Origin: Sphyrna mokarran
Lineage: Eukaryota
Length of the DNA stretch: 64,000 bases
Direction: 5' to 3'
Assembly (NCBI GenBank): GCA_024679065.1
Contig: JAGIQG010000016.1
Location: forward strand, 2,542,001 to 2,606,000
The notes under the pieces: model-generated
Seen by the model: the letters and a program-made list of their open reading frames with translations, nothing else
The model's database searches: none
What the model was told of the DNA's origin: nothing
Made by a program: the position numbers and the translations under genes
Part shown: one piece after another, positions 35,265-47,248 of the stretch
Position numbering within the stretch: position 1 is the first letter of the stretch
Layout: each line of letters starts with the position of its first letter

Positions 35265-37130
35265 CGGGGGGGGGGGGGGGGGTAGTGTGTATGTGTGTGG
35301 GGGGGGATTGGGGGTTGGGTGTGTGTCGGGGGGTTGGTGTGTGTGTGTGTGTAGGGGGGGTTGTGTGTGGTGTGGTGTGTGGTGTGTGTGTGTGTGGGGG
35401 GTTAGGGTGTGTGTGTGTGGTGTGTGTAGTAGGGGGGGTTGGTTGTGTGTGTGTGTGTAGGGGGGGGTGTGTGTGTGTGTGTGTGGTGTGTGTACTACCC
35501 TAGAGGGGGGTGTGTGTGTGTGTGAGGGGGTTGGTGTGTGTTTGTGTGTGGGGGGTTGGTGTGTGTGTGTGTGTGTGTTGTAGGGTGGGTTTGTGTGTGG
35601 TGTGTGTGGTGTGTGTGGTGGTGGTGGTGTGTGTGTAGGGGGGGTTGGTGTGGTGTGGTGTGTGTGTAGGGGGGTGGTTGTGTGTTGTGCTGTGTGTGTG
35701 TAGGGGCGGGGTGTGTGTGTGGGGGGGGTTGTGGTGTAGGGGGGGTTGGTGGTGTGTGTGTGTAGGGGGTTGTGTGTGTGTGTGTCGTAGGGGGGTTGGT
35801 GTGTGTGTGTGTGTAGGGGGGTTGGCTATGTGTGTGTGCGGTGTGGTGGTGTGTGGGGGCTGGGTAGGGGGTGGTGTGTGTGTGTGTGTAGGGGGGGATT
35901 GTGTGTGTGTGTGTGTTTGTGGGGGGGGGATTGGGGGTGTGTGTGTGTGGGGGTGGTGTTTGTGTGGTGTGTGTGATGTAGGGGGGTTGGTGTTGGAGTG
36001 GGTGGTGGGAGGGGGGGTTGGTTTGGTGTGGGTGGGGAGTGGTGTGTGTGGGGAGGAGTGGGTGGGGTGTGGGGGGGGGGATGGTGTGGGGGGGGGGTGT
36101 GTTGTGGGGGGGGTGGTGTGTGTGGGGGGGATGGTGTGTGTGTGGGGGGGATTGTGTGTGTGTGGGGGGGGGGGGGGGGATTGTGTGTGTGTGGGGGGGG
36201 GGATTGTGTGTTGTGGGGGGGTGGTGTGGTGTGGTGTGTGTGTGGGGGGGGATTGGTGTGTGTGTGTGTGGGGGGGGATGGTGTGGTGTGGGTGGGATTG
36301 TTTGGTGTGTGGGGGGGGGATTGGTGTGTGTGTGGGGGGTGGGGGGGTGGGTGTGGGTGTGGGGGGGGATGTGTTGTGTGGGGGGGATTGGTGTGTGTGG
36401 GGGGGGGGGGATTGTGTGTGTGTGTGGGGGGGGGATTGGTGTGTGTGTGTGGGGGGGGATTGGTGTGGGGTGTGGGGGGGGAGGATTTTTGGGTTTTTTT
36501 TTGTGTGTGTGGGGGGGGATTGGGTGTGTGGTGTGGGGGGATTGGATTGTGTGTGTGTGTGTGGTGTGGGGGGGGGGATTGGTGGTGTGTATGGGGGGGA
36601 TTGGTGTTGTGTGTGTGGGGGCGTGATTGGTGTGTGTTTGGGGGGGGATGGTGTGTGGTTGTGTGGGGGGGATTGGTGTGTGTGGGGGGGGGATTGGTTT
36701 TTGATGTGTGTGGGGGGGGGATTGGTGTGGTGTGTGGGGGGGGATTGGTGTGTGGGTATGGGGTGTGTGTGTGGGGGGGGTGTGTGTGTATGGGGGGGAT
36801 TGGTTGTGTGTGTGGGGGGGGATTGGTGTGGTGTGTGTGTGGGGGGGGGTTCTTGGTGTTGTGCGGGGGGATTGTGTGTGTGTGTGGGGGGGGGAGTGGG
36901 GGGTGTGTGTGTGGGGGGGGGATGGTTTGGGTGTGATGGGGCGGATTGGTGTGTGTGTGTGGGGGGGGGATTTATTGGTGTGATTGTGTGGGCGGTGGTT
37001 GGTGTGGTGTGGGGGGGGATTGTGTGTGTGTGTGTGTGTAGGGGGGGGATTGGTGTGTGTGGGGGGGTTGTTGGTGTGTGCGTGTGTGGTGGGGGGGTGG
37101 GGGATTTTGACAATGTTGGGGATGTGGGGG
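35265..37130 (+). repeat. GT/G-run low-complexity array (ggggggattggtgtgtgt) in BTG intron 1
   Basis: Direct inspection. Confidence 0.92.
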
Positions 37131-37834
37131 GTCAGGATAACTGTCGCTCCCTGGCTCACAAATAAAGATCCGGTTGATGTGGCATGGCTTTCTGTGGAAT
37201 CTTGCTGTGTACCGCAATGTTTACCAGCACGTTTCTGGGATCTTCCTTTGTAAATCTTCTCCGCCCTCTCCCCGGTGTGTTTGGATAACCCTTCAATGAC
37301 ACAGCGACTAGAATTGTGTAAAGTTCTCCCCAGACTGGTCTGAACAAGATTTAATACGGGTTAGGTACGAGCAGGAGTTTTACAGCAAGAAAGAGGCCTT
37401 TCTGCCCATCGAGTCTGTGCTGGCCCATCAAATACCGATCTATTCTCATCCCAGTTTCCAGCACTTGATCTGTAGCCTTGTCTGTTGTGGACTTTCAAAT
37501 GCTTCTTACCTGTTGAGGGTTCCTGCCTCTCTCATCCCTTCAGGCAGTGAGTTCGAGTCCCATCACCCTGAAATCCCCAAATCTTCTCCAAATCTCCGGC
37601 CCCTTTCCTTAAACCTGTGATTCCTCCACCCAGGGGAATGATTCCTTCCTATCTACGTGACTTCTTTCTTTTTAAACAACTCAAGCCACCCCCCCTACCC
37701 TCCACCGAGGTGCTCACCTTGAATCGGGCTTGTCAGCGATGCCACTGCAGTCGAATAGCTCACCGGTTCTGCAATACTGGGCGGAATACGTTCTAACCCC
37801 AGTTGATTTCTCACTCAGACACATCGGAAGGAGG

Positions 37835-38007
37835 ATGAGGGAGGAGATTGGAGCCGGAGTGGTCTTCCTGGTGCGCTTGGTGAGCAGACGGAGTGAACTG
37901 CAGCGGGATAAGATTGAGGAGTTTGGTGAGAAACTGCGAGAGGTGCTACACCAGAAATACCAGGGTCACTGGTACCCAGGCAATCCCAGCAAAGGACAGG
38001 CGTACAG
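37835..38007 (+). CDS. BTG3/BTG4-like protein, first coding exon (MREEIGAGVVFLVRLV…HWYPGNPSKGQAYR)
   Basis: BTG/Tob N-terminus with HWYPxxPSKGQAYR. Acceptor before 37819 and GTAACC donor; phase 2. Confidence 0.95.
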
Positions 38008-38159
38008 GTAACCGAGAGCCACTCACTGTGTTGACCTCTCTCTCTCTCTGTTGTGATATTCTGGCCATTCGGCCCCTCTGCTCCAGGCTGGCATTCTTGA
38101 TCCACACCAGCTTCTTCCCACCCCATCTCCATATCTATCATGGGAACAGTGTGGATATT

Positions 38160-39375
38160 GGGTCAGTGCTGAGGGAGTGCCGCACTGTCAGAGGGTCAGT
38201 GCTGAGGGAGCGCCGCACTGTCAGAGGGTCAGTGCTGAGGGAGTGCCGCACTGTCAGAGGGTCAGTGCTGAGGGAGTGCCGCACTGTCAGAGGGTCAGTG
38301 CCGAGCGAAGTGCCGCACTTCGAGGGTCAGTGCTGTGAGAGAGTTGCCTGCAAGTCTGAGGGTCAGTGCCGAGCGAGTGCGCACGTCAGAGGGTCAGTGC
38401 TGAGGGAGTGCCGCACTGTCAGAGGGTCAGTGCTGAGAGGAGTGCTGCAACTGTCAGAGGGTCAGTGAATGAGGGAGTCGAAGAGCTGCCGCACTGTCAG
38501 AGGGTCAGTACTGAGGGAGTGCCGCACTGTCAGAGGGTCAGTGCTGAGGGAGTGCCACACTGTCAGAGGGTCAGTGCTGAGGGAGTGCCGCACTGTCAGA
38601 GGTCAGTACTGAGGAGCGCCGCACTGTCAGAGGGTCAGTGCCCTGAGGGGAGTGCCGCACTGTCAGAGGGTCGAGGTGAGATAGTGCCGCACTGTAAGAG
38701 GGTCCAGGTGCCGGCGAGGCCGCACTGTCAGAGGGTCAGTGCTGAAGGGAGTGCCGCATCTGTCCAGAGGGCAGTGCTGAGGAGTGCCGCACTGTCACAG
38801 AGGGTCAGTATGAGGGAGTCCGTACTGTCAGAGGGCAGTGCTGAGGGAATAGGCCGCACTGTCAGAGGGTCAGTGCTGAGGGAGTGCCGCAATGCTCTGA
38901 GGGTCAGTGTGAGGGATGCCGCACTGTCAGAGGGCAGTCGCTGAGGGAGTGCCTCACTGTCTGAGGGTCAGTGCCGAGCGAGTGCCGCACTGTCTGAGGG
39001 TCAGTGCTGAGGGAGTGCCGCACTGTCAGAGATACTGTCTTTTAGGATGATCCAATAAACCAAGGCTTCATCTCCTCTCATGGGATGGATGTGAAAAAAT
39101 TATTTGTAAGAACAAGGGTGGGGGGATGGGATTGGGATTGGGGTGGAGTTCTCTTCAGTGTCCAGGGGCCAATGTTTATCCTGCAGTAAAAAAACTATCA
39201 TTGTGCTTTATCATCACATTGCTGCCTGTGGAATCTTGCTGTGCACAAGTTGTATGTTGTTTTTTTCCACAAAGCTGACCATACTATCCCTTCCACCCAT
39301 TAAAAAAAACCTCTTTAAATGCCTGAAACACTTTGTGTGGTCCTGTGTGGGGACAGGCGCTATCGAAATGCGCTC
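38160..39375 (+). mobile_element. Deu-domain SINE (SacSINE1/AmnSINE-like) with internal 33-bp expansion
   Basis: Array 38160-39030 runs directly into cactgtcagagatactgtcttttaggatga…taaaccaaggc…ggatgtgaaaa…cacattgctgcctgtggaatcttgctgtgc…ggcgctatcgaaatgc. Confidence 0.75.
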
Positions 39376-39871
39376 GTTCCTTTGTCACTTGTCCCTGCAG
39401 TACCGCCATGGCCCACGCAGTGGTGCTAGTGTTCCCAATGTGGCTGCGCTACACCATTTACTAGCGGCGCCTGTTTTTATAGGAAAAGTAACAACAACTT
39501 GCATTTATATAGCACTGAACCAAGAGAAAAATATTGGTCTTGTTTGGGAACCTGAAATTTAAACAGAAAATGCTGCTTAGAATTTTTGCAGCATTTTCCC
39601 TCTGTTTTTATACCTTGCTTTTTATATTGTAAAGATGTTTCTGTGTTTGATGTTGAGTCAGAATGTAAGTCAAATTAGTCAGAATTGGAGGAGTGCAGAG
39701 ATCTGGCAGGAGTAATTTGACAGATCTTGAACGGAAGTTGGATTAGGAGCTGCTGTCAGTTGGTGAGTGACTGTGGGGGATGGTGAAAGGTTAGTTTAGG
39801 GTGAGTCTGGAAATGCGACAGTTTAATGTTGTTGAAGATTCCATCAGTTAATTTTCCCCTCTTCCTGATAG

Positions 39872-40009
39872 GTGCATTCGGATAAACAGGAACCAGAAAA
39901 TAGACCCCGCACTGCTACTGGCCTGTCAGGACTGTGAGCTGGACTATAATCAGCTGAAACTTCCCAAGGAGATTACACTGTGGATCGATCCCAGAGAGGT
40001 GTGGTGTCG
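39872..40009 (+). CDS. BTG3/4-like exon with Box A/Box B: CIRINRNQKIDPALLLACQDCELDYNQLKLPKEITLWIDPREVWCR
   Basis: TAG acceptor and GTAAGT donor; 138 nt, phase 2-2. Canonical LPxExTLWxDPxEV motif. Not present in the ORF track. Confidence 0.96.
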
Positions 40010-40159
40010 GTAAGTCTACACACACACATCAGTTTGCAAAGACCAACACAGAGGCTTGTGTACAATCATTCCCAGTCTGAGTATTGTGTCCAGTCCTGAC
40101 CACAGTTCCCTTTGGGAAGAATGTCAGGACCTTGGAGAGTGTGCAAAGGGTTACCAGAA

Positions 40160-41290
40160 TTTTGCCTTTGACAAGGTCCTACATGGGAGCTTAGTTAGGA
40201 AGAGTCTGGGTATGCATGGAGAGGTAGTAAATTGGATTAGACATTGGCTCAATGGAAGAAGCCAGTGAGTAATAGTGAAGGATTGCTTCTCTGAGTGGAG
40301 GCCTGTGACTAGTGGGGTGCTACAGGGATCAGTGCTGGGTCCATTTTTATCAATGGTCTGGATGATAATGTGGTAAATTGGATCAGTAAACTTGCTGATG
40401 ATACAAAGATTGGAGGTGTAATGGAACAGTGAGGAAGGTTTTCAAAGCTTGCATGGGGATTTGGTGCAGCTGGAAAAATGGGCTGAAAAATGGCAGATGA
40501 ATGCAGACAAGTGTGAGGTATTTGCACTTTGGACGGACAACCCAAGGTAGAACATACAAGGTAAATGGTAGGACACTGAAGAGTGCAGTAGAACAGAGGG
40601 ATCTGGGAATACAGGTACAGAATTCCCTAAAAGTGGCGTCACAGGTAGATAGGGTCGTAAAGAGTGTTTTTGATACTTTGGCCTTTATGAATCAAAATAT
40701 TGAGTATGAGAGTTGGAATGTTATGGTGAGGTTGTGTAAGACATTAGTGAGGTCGAATTTAGAGTATTGTGTGCAGTTTTGGTCAGCTAATTACAGGAAG
40801 AATATTAATAAGATTGAAAGAGTGCAGAGAAGGTTCACAAGGATGTTGCCGGGACTTGAGAAGCTGCGTTACAGAGAGAGATTGAATAGATTGGGACTTT
40901 ATTCCCTGGAGCGTAGAAGAATGAGGGAAGATTTAATAGAGATGTATAAAATTATGATGGGTATAGATAGTGAATGCAAACAGGCTTTTTCCACTGAGAC
41001 TAAGAAAGAAAAAAAAACCAGAGGACATGGGTTAAGGGAGAAGAGTTTAAATGGAATATTAGGGGGGGATTCTTCACGCAGAGAGTGGTAGGAGTGTGGA
41101 ATGAGTTGCCAGATGAAGTGGTAAATGCGGGTTCACTTTAATCATTTAAGAAAAACGCGTTCATGGATGAGAGGGGTGTGGAGGGATACGGTCCAGGTGC
41201 AGGTCAGTGGGACTAGGCAGAAAAATGGTTCGGCACAGACAAGAAGGGCCAAAAGGCCTGTTTCTGTGCTGTAATTTTTTTATGATTCTA
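40160..41290 (+). mobile_element. CR1 LINE reverse-transcriptase 3' fragment in a BTG intron
   Basis: AFDKV.H, SGV.QGSVLGP, KLADDTK, LEYCVQFW and IERVQRRFTRM. Confidence 0.95.
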
Positions 41291-41783
41291 ATATTCCCAG
41301 GGATGAGGGGGCTTCAGTTCGTGCGGAGACAGGGAGAAGCTGGGATCCTTCCCCTCGGAACACAGAGGTTAAGGGGGAGATTGAATTGAGGAGTTCAGAA
41401 TCATGAGGGGTGGGGTGTTTGGACGGAGTGAATGAGGAGAAAGTGTTTACAGTGACAGGAGGCTCAGTAACCAGAAGGGACACAGATTGAAGAGAATCAG
41501 GAAAAGAACCAGAGAGCAGGGGAGATGGGGAGAATTTTATTTTGGACACACAGTGAGTTGTGATCTGGAAGGTGCTGATTCATTAGGAACTTTCAAAAAG
41601 GGGGAATGGGGTCTGGGTGTCTCTCATCCTGGCGCCCGTGTACATGCTGTGCCATGGTTTGGGGGCCGGGCACACACACACACTCTCGTTCTTAGTGCTG
41701 TGTGTGGTGTTTGTGCAGGAGGCTGTTTTGTCACCACTGTGTCTGAGGTTCACACTAACCTCTGGTTTTCTGAATCGCTGTAG

Positions 41784-41994
41784 GTCTGGAGAGAGCAGTC
41801 AGCCCTTCACCGTGGCTGAGTTTGAACAGGACTCCAGGAAGCTGAGATCACAGGATTCTGAGCCCAGCAGTGAAGTATCATCAGAGTGCAGCACATCTGA
41901 TTACCACTCAGACACCTCGTCAGACGATGACGAACATATCAAAGGACAAGCGACCAAGGAGCCAACGGCAAAAATTGCTGCTGTTCCTCACAAG
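41784..41994 (+). CDS. BTG3/4-like exon: SGESSQPFTVAEFEQ…TSDYHSDTSSDDDE…VPHK
   Basis: TAG acceptor and GTGATT donor; 211 nt, phase 2-0. GE..PFxVAxF and TSDYHSxxSS motifs of BTG3. Confidence 0.9.
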
Positions 41995-42164
41995 GTGATT
42001 GACAGGAATATCGAGTATCTGGACTGGGGGTTAGGGGGGAGGTCAGAGTGAACAAACTCTCAGGATTTAACCTCCAACTGCCCCCATTACTCAGCCCGAA
42101 CTGAGACCCATTCAACCATCTCCACTTGTCACTCACTGACCCCATGCTGACCTCCTGACTCCAG

Positions 42165-43000
42165 CAATCTTATCTCTGTAACCCCCTCCAGCCCCAACAC
42201 TCCTCCCTATCTCTGTAACCCCCTCCAGCCCCAACACTCCTCCCTATCTCTGTAACCCCCTCCAGCCCCAACACTCCTCCCATCTCTGTAACCCCCTCCA
42301 GCCCCAACACCCCTCCCTATCTCTGTAACCCCCTCCACCCCAACACCTCTCCCTATAACAGAACCCCCTCCAGCCCCAATACCCCTCCCTATCCAGTAAC
42401 CCCCTCCGCCCCCAACACCTCTCCTATATCAGTAACCCCCCTCCAGCCCAATACCCCTCCCTATCTCAGTAACCCCCTCCAGCCCCTACACCCCCTCCCT
42501 ATCTCAGTAACCTCCCCCAGTTCCAACACCTCTCCCTATCTCAGTAACCTCCTCCAGCCCCTTCACCCCTTCCTATCTCTGTAACCTTCTCCAAACCCTA
42601 CAACCCTCCTTATCTCAGTACTGTCCTCCAGCCCCAACACCCCTCCCTATCTCAGTAACCCCCTCTGCCCCAACACCTCCCTATCTCTGTAACCTCCTCC
42701 AGCCCCAACACCTCTCCCTATCTCTGAACCTCCTCCAGCCCCTTCACCCCTTCCTATCTCTGTAATCTTCTCCAAACCCTACAACCCTCCTTATCTTGGT
42801 ACTGTCCTCCAGCCCCAACACCACTTCCTATCTCTCTCATCTCCTCCAGCCTCTATACTTTGAAATCTCTGTGAATCCTCCAATTCCGCCTCTTGAACAT
42901 CCCACGATTCCCATTGCTCTGCCGTTGGTGGCCATGCCTTCAGCTGCCTGGGGGGCTCTATGCACTGGAATTCCCTCCCTAAACCTCTCCAACTTTCTCT
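42165..43000 (+). mobile_element. L2-type LINE 3' fragment with internal 37-bp minisatellite
   Basis: Unit ccctatctctgtaacctcctccagccccaacac (PYLCNLLQP) runs into ggtggccatgccttcagctgcc…tggaattccctccc (GG.AFS…WNSLP). Confidence 0.75.
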
Positions 43001-43427
43001 ATCACTTTCATTCTCACTCATTGCTCTGTCTCTCTCTTCCTGGCATTTTAATGCAACATTAATCCAAGACTCTGCCTGCCTTCTTAGGGTGGATGTAAAA
43101 TATCCCACACTCACTATCTGGAAGAAAGGGAGGTGAGGTCTCCCTGGTATCCTGGAACCGATATTTATCCCTCAAACAATATCGCTTAAAAAATGCTCTG
43201 GGCCATTGCTGTTTGTGGGATTTTGCTGTTGCAGAGGTGACTGCTGCATTTTCTACTATTCAGCAGTGATCACATTTCAGATAAATGATTTCATTCATTG
43301 GGAAATCTTTGAGGTAGTGACAGGCACTAGAGGAATGCAGGTCGGAACACAGGGGACTGGGCTGGGAATGAAGGGGAGTTTGTGTGCTTGGAAATGTTGT
43401 TTAGTTGCTTAAATTGATTTTTCTCAG

Positions 43428-43634
43428 GTTTCCGGAAGTTTCTCCTTCCCCGCAGCCACCTGGCCTCCATACCCTCACAAGTTGGTGCCGTACACCACTG
43501 CCTTCTACCAACCTGTGCCCCTGGTCAGTTATTACCTGATACCCAGACCGGACAGTGCATTGCGACCTCCGCCAGGCTTTCTCCTCACTCAGACACAGCC
43601 ACACCGTTCAAAGATGGGCAAAAGGCACAAATGA
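43428..43634 (+). CDS. BTG3/4-like terminal exon, Pro-rich: VSGSFSFPAATWPPYPHK…KMGKRHK*
   Basis: tttttctCAG acceptor; phase 0; open for 68 codons to TGA 43632-34. FP…W.P.P.K resembles the BTG3 tail. Total CDS 729 nt. Confidence 0.8.
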   Translation, partial: VSGSFSFPAATWPPYPHKLVPYTTAFYQPVPLVSYYLIPRPDSALRPPPGFLLTQTQPHRSKMGKRHK

Positions 43635-43739
43635 CCAGTGTCCTGGCTGACCAGATGGATCGGATACCTCACCATCACTGAGCTGTGACCAACCCTGTGC
43701 TTGACCACTCTGTACTAATACCTATGGGCAAGTCTGCAA

Positions 43740-44140
43740 TTGTGTGTGTGCATATGGGAGAAATGTTGCTGTATACAGCACCGTGGGGGATATTGTTGTA
43801 TACGACATTGTGCGTGGGGACTATTGTTGTATAGACACTGCATATCCGTTTGTGTGTGTGTGTGAATGAGTCAGAGAAATATTGCTGTATGCATTCTGTG
43901 AGAGAATGATTGAGAATATTGCTGTATATAACATTTTGTGTGAATGTGAACGAGTCGGAAATAATTACTGTGTAATTATTGAGAAGTATAATGCTGTGTA
44001 CAATGCTGTGTGAATGATTGAGAGAGGAATATTGCTGTATACAACATTCACTGAGTGAATATTGCTCCGTACAAGTGTGTGTGTGTGTGAATGAGTCGGG
44101 AATATTGTTATATATAACACTCAGTCTGTGTGTGTATATC
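43740..44140 (+). repeat. Degenerate tandem repeat (aatattgctgtatacaacatt…gtgtgtgaatgagtc) in the BTG 3'UTR
   Basis: About 8 diverged units. Confidence 0.7.
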
Positions 44141-44280
44141 ATTGACTTTATGGTTCATACTATTGCCTGTCTGTGTATATCTTATACAGAAATTGAGGCA
44201 GTTTCTGTATTAGAAATCTAAACACTCAGGGATATCAGAAAATATCATCTTGTGTGTCCACCTTGTCTGACAGCTGTTTG

Positions 44281-44325
44281 TTATTTATAATATTTCTATT
44301 GGAGAATGTGTGATATTAAATTAAA
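44281..44325 (+). promoter_or_regulatory. Candidate BTG 3' end: AU-rich nonamer TTATTTATA and overlapping ATTAAA poly(A) signals
   Basis: TTATTTATA at 44281-89 and ATTAAATTAAA at 44315-25, about 650 nt after the stop codon. Confidence 0.45.
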
Positions 44326-45009
44326 ATAACCCAGAGTCATTGTTCATATGTACCTGTCAAATCATCATGTCTAACTTATGGAATATATATCATGTTTTTG
44401 TACATTTCTTATATCTCCTGAACACTATCTACACCTTCCTGTTGAAATCTGAGCCTTTCTCAGGTATGAAGCTTAACTGTGATGCCTGTCATAGTCAAAT
44501 AGCTCATCCACATCCACCGAATGAGGCTCCAGCGGGAGCCTGGTGTCAGTGGAATGAACTGGAGTTCAAAAACATTAGGACAAAATCTCGGATTGAAATG
44601 GTTTTTAAAAATGAATATTGGGTAGTCTAACTTATATTTGCCAGGGTGGTACAATGGTTAGCACTGCTTGCCTCACAGTGCCAGGGACCCGGGTTCATTT
44701 GGGTAATTTAAATTTGCCAAAAAATGATCTGAAAGATTGGATTTGGGGAACTGTTTCCTGAGGATAAGAGGCTGAGGAACAAGTTTGGATCTCTAGGAAT
44801 TTATTTTATATCTGTTGTTCTCCCTTGATGTGTGACTGGTTACTCCTGGGTCCCTGTATCTTCCTCCCAGGCTGGGGAAGGGTCTCCCAAATCAGCTTGC
44901 TGTGTCCATTCATTCCAGAGGCTGTGTTAACACACTGATCCCATGGTCTGCTCTGCCATTCACCACTGCCAGCCTCAAATAGGGAGTACTGTTCCCAGCT
45001 CAGTAATCA

Positions 45010-45158
45010 TGATGTAGAGATGCCAGCGTTGGACTGGGGTAAACACAGTAAGAAGTCTCACAACACCAGGTTAAACTCCAACATGTTTATTTGACAGTAA
45101 ATTTTTGGTTTACTATCAAATAAACTTGTTGGTCTTTAACCTGGTGTTGAGACTTCTT
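45010..45158. mobile_element. Penelope-derived inverted pLTR element, centre deleted
   Basis: Same arms with a short loop. Confidence 0.82.
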
Positions 45159-45694
45159 TCCCAGCTCAGTAACCCAGAGACACCAGCTCCCCAGTAGGAG
45201 CTTATCTTACCCACACCCTCACCCTCACCGTCTTTATGTCTCTCCAGCTCGTCACAGATGTTAGAGAAAAAGCAGTGTTACTGCTCCCAATTTGTGAATG
45301 GGGGAGGCTTTTATAAAACTCAGCATTTATTCACTGTCAGTTAACATGTTGAAGTGTTTAGTTGAATGGGGATTGTTAGCAGTTTATTCTCAATGTCTTA
45401 CCCTTGTGTGTGTAAAGGAAATTGAACCACTATGCTCAAGATCAAATTTACCAGCTGCTGTTTGCATTTCTGTAAAGGTTCTCACCGTGTTTGTTGTCTG
45501 CGAGATTCTTTAGGATTACCGGCTGAGGAAATATTGGTCAATCACTGGTAAGAGAGATGAGGCGCTGAACTCTGATCGCAGAGTGCTCTCCCACAGCGCC
45601 CAACCCCACTGCCAATCTGTGTTAATACGGACAAAGTTTAACATTTATTAATACGCCAAATCTAACCTCAAATAAAAACATTTAACCAAAAATT

Positions 45695-45990
45695 AAAGTT
45701 TATTTATTAGTCACCAGTAAGGCTTACATTAACACTGCAATGAAGTTACTGTGCAATTCTCCTAGTTGCCACACTCTGGCACCTTTCGGGTACACTGAAG
45801 GAGAATTTACCACAGCCAATGCACCCTAACCAGCATATCTTTTGGACTGTAGGAGGGAACCGGAGCACCCGGAGGAAACCCACACAGATATGGAGAGAAT
45901 GTGCAAACTCCACACAGACAATAACCCAAGCCGAGAATCAAACCCGAGTCCCTGGCGCTGTGAGGCAGCAATGCAAACTACTGTGCCACC
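45695..45990 (-). mobile_element. tRNA-derived SINE
   Basis: Full length, reverse orientation. Confidence 0.88.
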
Positions 45991-46271
45991 CACAGACTAT
46001 TACAAGGACAAACAATATTTATTAATGCAAAGTTTAACTTCGTATTAAACATTTTACTTTGTATTAATCAAACTTAAAATTTAAAGGACAAACAATATTA
46101 ACACACAAGTTTAACTTCAATAAAGGAGGACTAATATTTCTAAGAGAGAATTAAATTGGGTCTGTGTTGTTCAGTGTAGTTCTGATATGTTTTAAGGTTG
46201 AGATGTTGTATTGTCTGAAGCGAAAGGTTTGAAGTTGTAAGAATGTCCCCATCTGTTAAGGCTCTGCATCA

Positions 46272-46490
46272 AGTAAGAAGTCTCACAACACTAGGATAAA
46301 GTCCAACACGTTTATTTGATAGTAAATGCCACAAGCTTTTGGAGCACTGTCCCTTTGTCAGGTGAGACGAAGGAACAACATTCTGAAAGCTTGTGGTGTT
46401 TACTATCAAATAAACATGTTGGAGTTTAACCTGGTGTTGTGAGACTTATTACTGTGTTTATCCCAGTCCAATGCTGGCATCTCCATATCA
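46272..46490. mobile_element. Penelope-derived inverted pLTR element
   Basis: Same arms, opposite orientation. Confidence 0.82.
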
Positions 46491-47223
46491 TGACTGCAGT
46501 CAAGATGCCAGACATTGGTTCAATAGGTAGGCTCAGGTTTACAGGGAGAGGGGGGGGCGGGGGGGTGGCGAAGGCTCCTTGTTCAGCTGTAATCACTCCT
46601 ATCTGATCACAGGATCTAAACACTGGGTGTTGTGGATTTACTGATCTTTCCTGAGATTCTGCGAGTGATGAGGGCTTGTGGTCAGCGGGAAGTGATTCTG
46701 ATCTCAATGCCACCTTCAATTACCACAAGGAACTACTGGTGGAGCGATGGGGACTGAGGTGTACACAAAGTGAACTCTCTGTTGTGAATTAATTTAACTC
46801 TAGCCTCAGTGCAGTGAAGACTCAGTGCTGGACAGCCCCATTCCCCAGAAGGTTTTTTTCTCCAGCCATTCCATCCTGATGCTCAGGTGCTGTTGCCCAA
46901 GGCCCCGTGATTCACATTAATAGGTCTCCCCTGTCAAAAGGTCATCATTAGATGGTTCATATCGATCGATCGTGAATCTATTTTGATTCCTAGAAGAGAA
47001 CAAACAGCAGAGTTCAGGTTCTGTGAAAAGAATCCAACACTTTGGATAAGTGAGTAAAGGAGCACAGACTCCATTCAACATTCTGGGTACAAACGGCAGC
47101 TGGAAAATGGCTCACAGGAGCTGTATGGTGATGGAGCACAGAATGTAGAGGAGATGAGGCAATGGGTAAGAGCTGGACACTCCACAGGAGCTGTGCTGAC
47201 CCACAGAGAGTCAGAGGATAGAG

Positions 47224-47248
47224 TTAGAGAACCCTGCAATAGTTCCTG
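47224..47248 (-). CDS. Candidate terminal cytoplasmic exon copy 2 (CRNYCRVL*)
   Basis: acccctCAG acceptor; duplicate of copy 1 with the same frame and stop. Confidence 0.45.

Noticed and set aside
35495-37165. 500+ aa ORFs on both strands
   Set aside because: GT/G-run low-complexity intron sequence.
38290-38990. Apparent rapid degeneration in the middle of the 33-bp array
   Set aside because: Scattered single-base indels look like uncorrected long-read error rather than biology.
43309-43325. let-7-like TGAGGTAGT, and miR-99/125/34 expected from synteny
   Set aside because: Only a seed-length match inside a SINE remnant with no hairpin. No such miRNA was seen in the window; the cluster would lie upstream of SPACA6.
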